From: a virus
Taxonomy: Duplodnaviria > Heunggongvirae > Uroviricota > Caudoviricetes
DNA: 64,000 nucleotides
IMG/VR virus record: IMGVR_UViG_3300042286_000208
Coordinates: 70,287 to 134,286 of that record
Strand: one strand, 5' to 3'
Shown: positions 61,256-64,000 of the stretch, in pieces
Layout of the letters: every line of letters starts with the position of its first letter
How positions within the stretch are numbered: position 1 is the first letter of the stretch
Program-made: the position numbers and the translations under genes
Notes under the pieces: generated by a model
The model's database searches: none
Told to the model about the DNA's origin: nothing
What the model saw: only the letters and a program-made list of their open reading frames with translations

Positions 61256-61474
61256 ATGGTAGTTTATGTAGGTACAGCATTTAACAATTCACAAGTAGAG
61301 GTAGCTCCAACATCTGTTAGAGTTAGCGAATTAGGATTAACAGGTACAGTCACCCTTAACGGTATAGTTCTTCTTAACGTTGGGCAAACTGTACAATCAG
61401 CAATCGATTCAACTGGAGCTCAAGCTCCATATTATTTCTTATCAGTTAGCAAACAAGCTAATGGCGGGAAATAA
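61256..61474 (+). CDS. small protein ending in GGK; candidate ubiquitin-like beta-grasp (ThiS/MoaD-like) modifier
   Basis: 72 aa; C-terminus ...SKQANGGK; internal TVTLNGIVLL resembles the ThiS v.vNgeiv strand; strong RBS; codon usage GC-richer than neighbours. Confidence 0.3.
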   Translation: MVVYVGTAFNNSQVEVAPTSVRVSELGLTGTVTLNGIVLLNVGQTVQSAIDSTGAQAPYYFLSVSKQANGGK

Positions 61475-61503
61475 TTAAAAGTTAAAAAATAAATAGTATA
61501 GAA

Positions 61504-61545
61504 TAGGGAATCTTCGATCAGATTCCCTATGATACTGTTTTACTT
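61504..61545 (+). terminator. terminator hairpin tagggaatc/gattcccta plus T-rich tract
   Basis: 9-bp perfect inverted repeat followed by tgatactgttttactttaatc. Confidence 0.5.
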
Positions 61546-62345
61546 TAATCATCAAAAATATTACTAATTTAATCTTTGTTTTAATAACAGATAATAACCC
61601 TGTTTGCGGACTGCAAGCAAGGAATTAAGGTCGGGATGACCGAAGTTACACGGGTGTTGACAATTGTTAATATTAGAAAATAATTAACGCCGCGGGTGAA
61701 GCTGCATTAATATTAGTTCTAGAACTTTTACGATTCGGTTATTTTAAATTTATAAATTTTAAACCAGGAATCTCTTCAGTTTTTCTAGATTTGTTACAGG
61801 ATCCAGGACGACCGAGTGACATATTTATGGGATTGGACCTTTATAATTTTAAGAAACAGGATGGACACTGCAAAGATTCATTTGGATCCAGATACATTTG
61901 GTGGATTACAACAGATTTATCTTGACTTTTCCCCATATTTAAGTTAAAATATATGTCTGGCAGATGATTGTCTCCAAGACAAATCGCCATTGCAGGTTGC
62001 CTCCATGTAACAAGGAGGATAAATTTTTTCGAAATGAATGCCAGTATCCTCAGTTCCGAATCTATATTTTGGATATGGATGTAACAGCTGGTTTATTTTA
62101 TTTCGCTAGAACATCGATGCACAATTCATTATTTCTTGAATGAGAAGACGTAGCGTCTACAGTTTTTTGCCTGATGCGCTTAATTATTTTTAAATTTAAC
62201 CCAGGCCAGGGTAATTTTGTGCAAGCTCATCACCATGATCCAGAAGGATATTTAAATTTATTTATTGGAGCACGTACTCCGTCATCCTATTATATTACAT
62301 AAATTAGTAAAAAAAATTAGAATTTAAAAAATTCAGAAAAGAAGG
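61546..62345 (+). ncRNA. long GC-richer non-coding region upstream of RT (candidate retron-type ncRNA or other RT-associated RNA)
   Basis: No ORF of 60 aa or more on either strand; about 38% GC; 11-nt TTACTAATTTA (61561-61571) is exactly complementary to TAAATTAGTAA (62300-62310) just upstream of the RT RBS. Confidence 0.3.
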
Positions 62346-62354
62346 TTGACTTAT

Positions 62355-63533
62355 ATGTCTAAGCAAAGTTATTATTATATTAAAAGTAGACCTTATAATG
62401 AAATGTTATGGTGGAAAAGCCATGGCAAAAGTCCGTTTGTAAATTTTATCGAGTTTAAACCAATTACAAAATGGTCCAAATTTAGATTAAACAAAGACTT
62501 TGACAAAAAAATAGATGATATATATGCTATTCATCAAATCATTAAAGATCTACCAGAATACAGATTTTATAATTCTTCAACAAAAGAATATTATATTAGA
62601 AACACACCCACTAATACTTTTAGACTAAGAAAAAGAAAAGGTGGATATAGAGAAATTACTGTATTCTCTGAAGAATACAAACAGATGCACTCTATGCTTA
62701 TGGAAATATATCAGGATTTATTTCCGGCATTTCCTGAGTCAACAAGTGCTTACATCAAAGGAAAATCACAACTAGATACAGTAAAAAAACATAAGGATGC
62801 TAAAGTTCATTTGTCATTAGACTTGGCTGAATTTTATCCTTCTATTAAAACAGAAAATTTAGCTTCTGTTCTTAAAAGTTTGGCAATTGTTGTTGCAAAC
62901 ATGACTGAAATCTCTATTGATAGACTTGCTGAGATATCCACATTTGGTGGATCTTTAGCGCAGGGAAGTTCTATCAGCCCTATTCTATCAAACATATTTT
63001 CTTTACCTTTGGACTATGAGCTATACGAGTATGTTAAAAATACTAACATTACATATACAAGATATGCTGATGATATTAGTTTATCTAGTCCCAATATTAT
63101 TGCATTACCAAGAAAGAAAGAGTTGGAGCCATTCGTAAATCGTTTTCAAGAAAGACTTGATAGATTATATGGTGGGGATCTAAAAATTAATAAATCAAAA
63201 ACAAAATTACAGTTTGAAGGTCAGATCAAAGTATTGGGTATATGTATCAATCATGATGAATCCGGAGAAGCACACTTAAGTGTTGGCAAATCCAGAAAAC
63301 AAGAATACGGTAGAGAACTATTTCAATTACTTTGTGAAATAGCTGACGATCAAGTAGATGACAAACTAATTGACTATCAAACAGTAAGAGGTAAGATTGA
63401 ATATTTAAAACAGTTTGAGCCAATTTGGTTTGAAAAGCAACAAAGTAAATTAAGAGTAACTTTTAATTTTACAGGGGATGTTTGGAGATATATATTAAGC
63501 AGAATAACAATCCCAGAAACAGAAAATGAATAA
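62355..63533 (+). CDS. reverse transcriptase, retron/Abi/DRT-like, RT domain only
   Basis: RT motifs RKRKGGYREITVFS (1), HLSLDLAEFYPSIK (A, F/YPSI typical of retron-type RTs), AQGSSISPILSNIF (B', QGxxxSP), YTRYADDISLSS (C), IKVLGICIN (VTG-like). Confidence 0.75.
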   Translation: MSKQSYYYIKSRPYNEMLWWKSHGKSPFVNFIEFKPITKWSKFRLNKDFDKKIDDIYAIHQIIKDLPEYRFYNSSTKEYYIRNTPTNTFRLRKRKGGYREITVFSEEYKQMHSMLMEIYQDLFPAFPESTSAYIKGKSQLDTVKKHKDAKVHLSLDLAEFYPSIKTENLASVLKSLAIVVANMTEISIDRLAEISTFGGSLAQGSSISPILSNIFSLPLDYELYEYVKNTNITYTRYADDISLSSPNIIALPRKKELEPFVNRFQERLDRLYGGDLKINKSKTKLQFEGQIKVLGICINHDESGEAHLSVGKSRKQEYGRELFQLLCEIADDQVDDKLIDYQTVRGKIEYLKQFEPIWFEKQQSKLRVTFNFTGDVWRYILSRITIPETENE

Positions 63534-64000
63534 AGAATAGCATCGTTTCAAAATAACAAAAAATAACGATCTTTTGTTTAATACAAAAACGAGCACAATA
63601 CATCTTATGTAAATAAGATGAAAATAAAGTTGGGATGACGTACAACGTCATCGATATCTAGATGACCAATCTCTTCGAAGTTTGTTGATTAATTACCAGG
63701 AGCTGGCGCGTAAATTTTTTTATTTCGACACGGCGACTTTAAAGTATACAGCTTCCCAGGTTTTCGAGAAAGAGATCTACTCAACTAGGGATACTTTGCC
63801 AGTAATAAGGGGCACCTCGATAAGGTCATGTATTCCCACACGAATACCTTAACCAAGTTGGGCATACAATAATAAAAAAAAAAAATTACCGGGGTCCCTT
63901 CAGAGTTTTCTTCAGTTTTCGCGAACGCCAATCAGGGTGAAAGGGTGCTAAGAATCTTAAGCCTCTAACAACGTTGGCCGAAGTCAACTTTATGAAACTC
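63534..64000 (+). other. GC-richer non-coding region downstream of RT, continuing past window end
   Basis: No ORF; hairpins catctta/taagatg and gatgacgt-aca-acgtcatc; CCWGG-like motifs. Confidence 0.3.

Noticed and set aside
61546-62345. Group II intron as the sole explanation of the RT locus
   Set aside because: RT motifs (F/YPSI, YTRYADDIS, VTG-like) fit retron/Abi-type RTs better than group II (YVRYADDF plus an X domain). No clear domain V (AGC triad with GNRA hairpin) was seen. It is kept as an alternative within the finding rather than as a feature.
63940-63970. Sequence caGGGTGAAAGGGTGCtaAGA resembling a conserved stretch of type-A RNase P RNA
   Set aside because: Only a 14-nt match. 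The universally conserved AGGAAAGUCCGGGCUCC and ACAGAANNCGGCUUA elements are absent from both flanking non-coding regions, so this is not a credible rnpB gene.
1-64000. CRISPR arrays, integrase or attachment sites, transposase genes
   Set aside because: There are no direct-repeat-spacer arrays and no recognizable tyrosine or serine recombinase or transposase motifs in any frame. The mobile-element candidates are the HE/intron-like block and the RT element.

Overview
AT-rich (about 30% GC) phage or prophage DNA that reads TGA as tryptophan (translation table 4). Many real genes span in-frame TGA codons, so ORFs in the supplied standard-code track were stitched after re-translation. The gene content resembles a phiKZ/AR9-like phage with its own multisubunit RNA polymerase (RNAP), split into fragments that are spread over the window. 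These are beta-prime N-terminal part (11611-13146), beta C-terminal part (14242-16299), beta N-terminal part (27588-29546), and a second near-complete beta gene on the minus strand (31500-35651). Other genes include a DNA replication and repair set and the translation initiation factors IF-1 and IF-3. The replication and repair set comprises a split family B DNA polymerase, a DnaB-like helicase, a Dda-like helicase, SbcC and SbcD placed far apart, RNase H, a flap endonuclease, SSB, dUTPase, a guanylate-kinase-like protein and T4 endonuclease V. There is one tRNA (anticodon CAT). Two intergenic motifs, TGAATAATTAATTATA and TTATATATTATAA, recur upstream of genes and are probably two promoter classes. 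The main candidates for a novel system are listed below.
- (a) A ubiquitin-like cluster: ThiF/MoeB-type E1, a JAB/JAMM protease, two tandem paralogous modules carrying a conserved H-x-x-G-[LI]-N-C-W-G-G-W motif, and a 72-aa protein ending in GGK.
- (b) A retron-type reverse transcriptase (62355-63533) flanked by long GC-richer non-coding DNA.
- (c) A group I intron-like ribozyme core plus a homing-endonuclease gene at the 3' end of the minus-strand beta gene, abutting the tRNA, with no detectable 3' exon.

The window is mostly plus-strand coding; only 30176-35651 is minus-strand.
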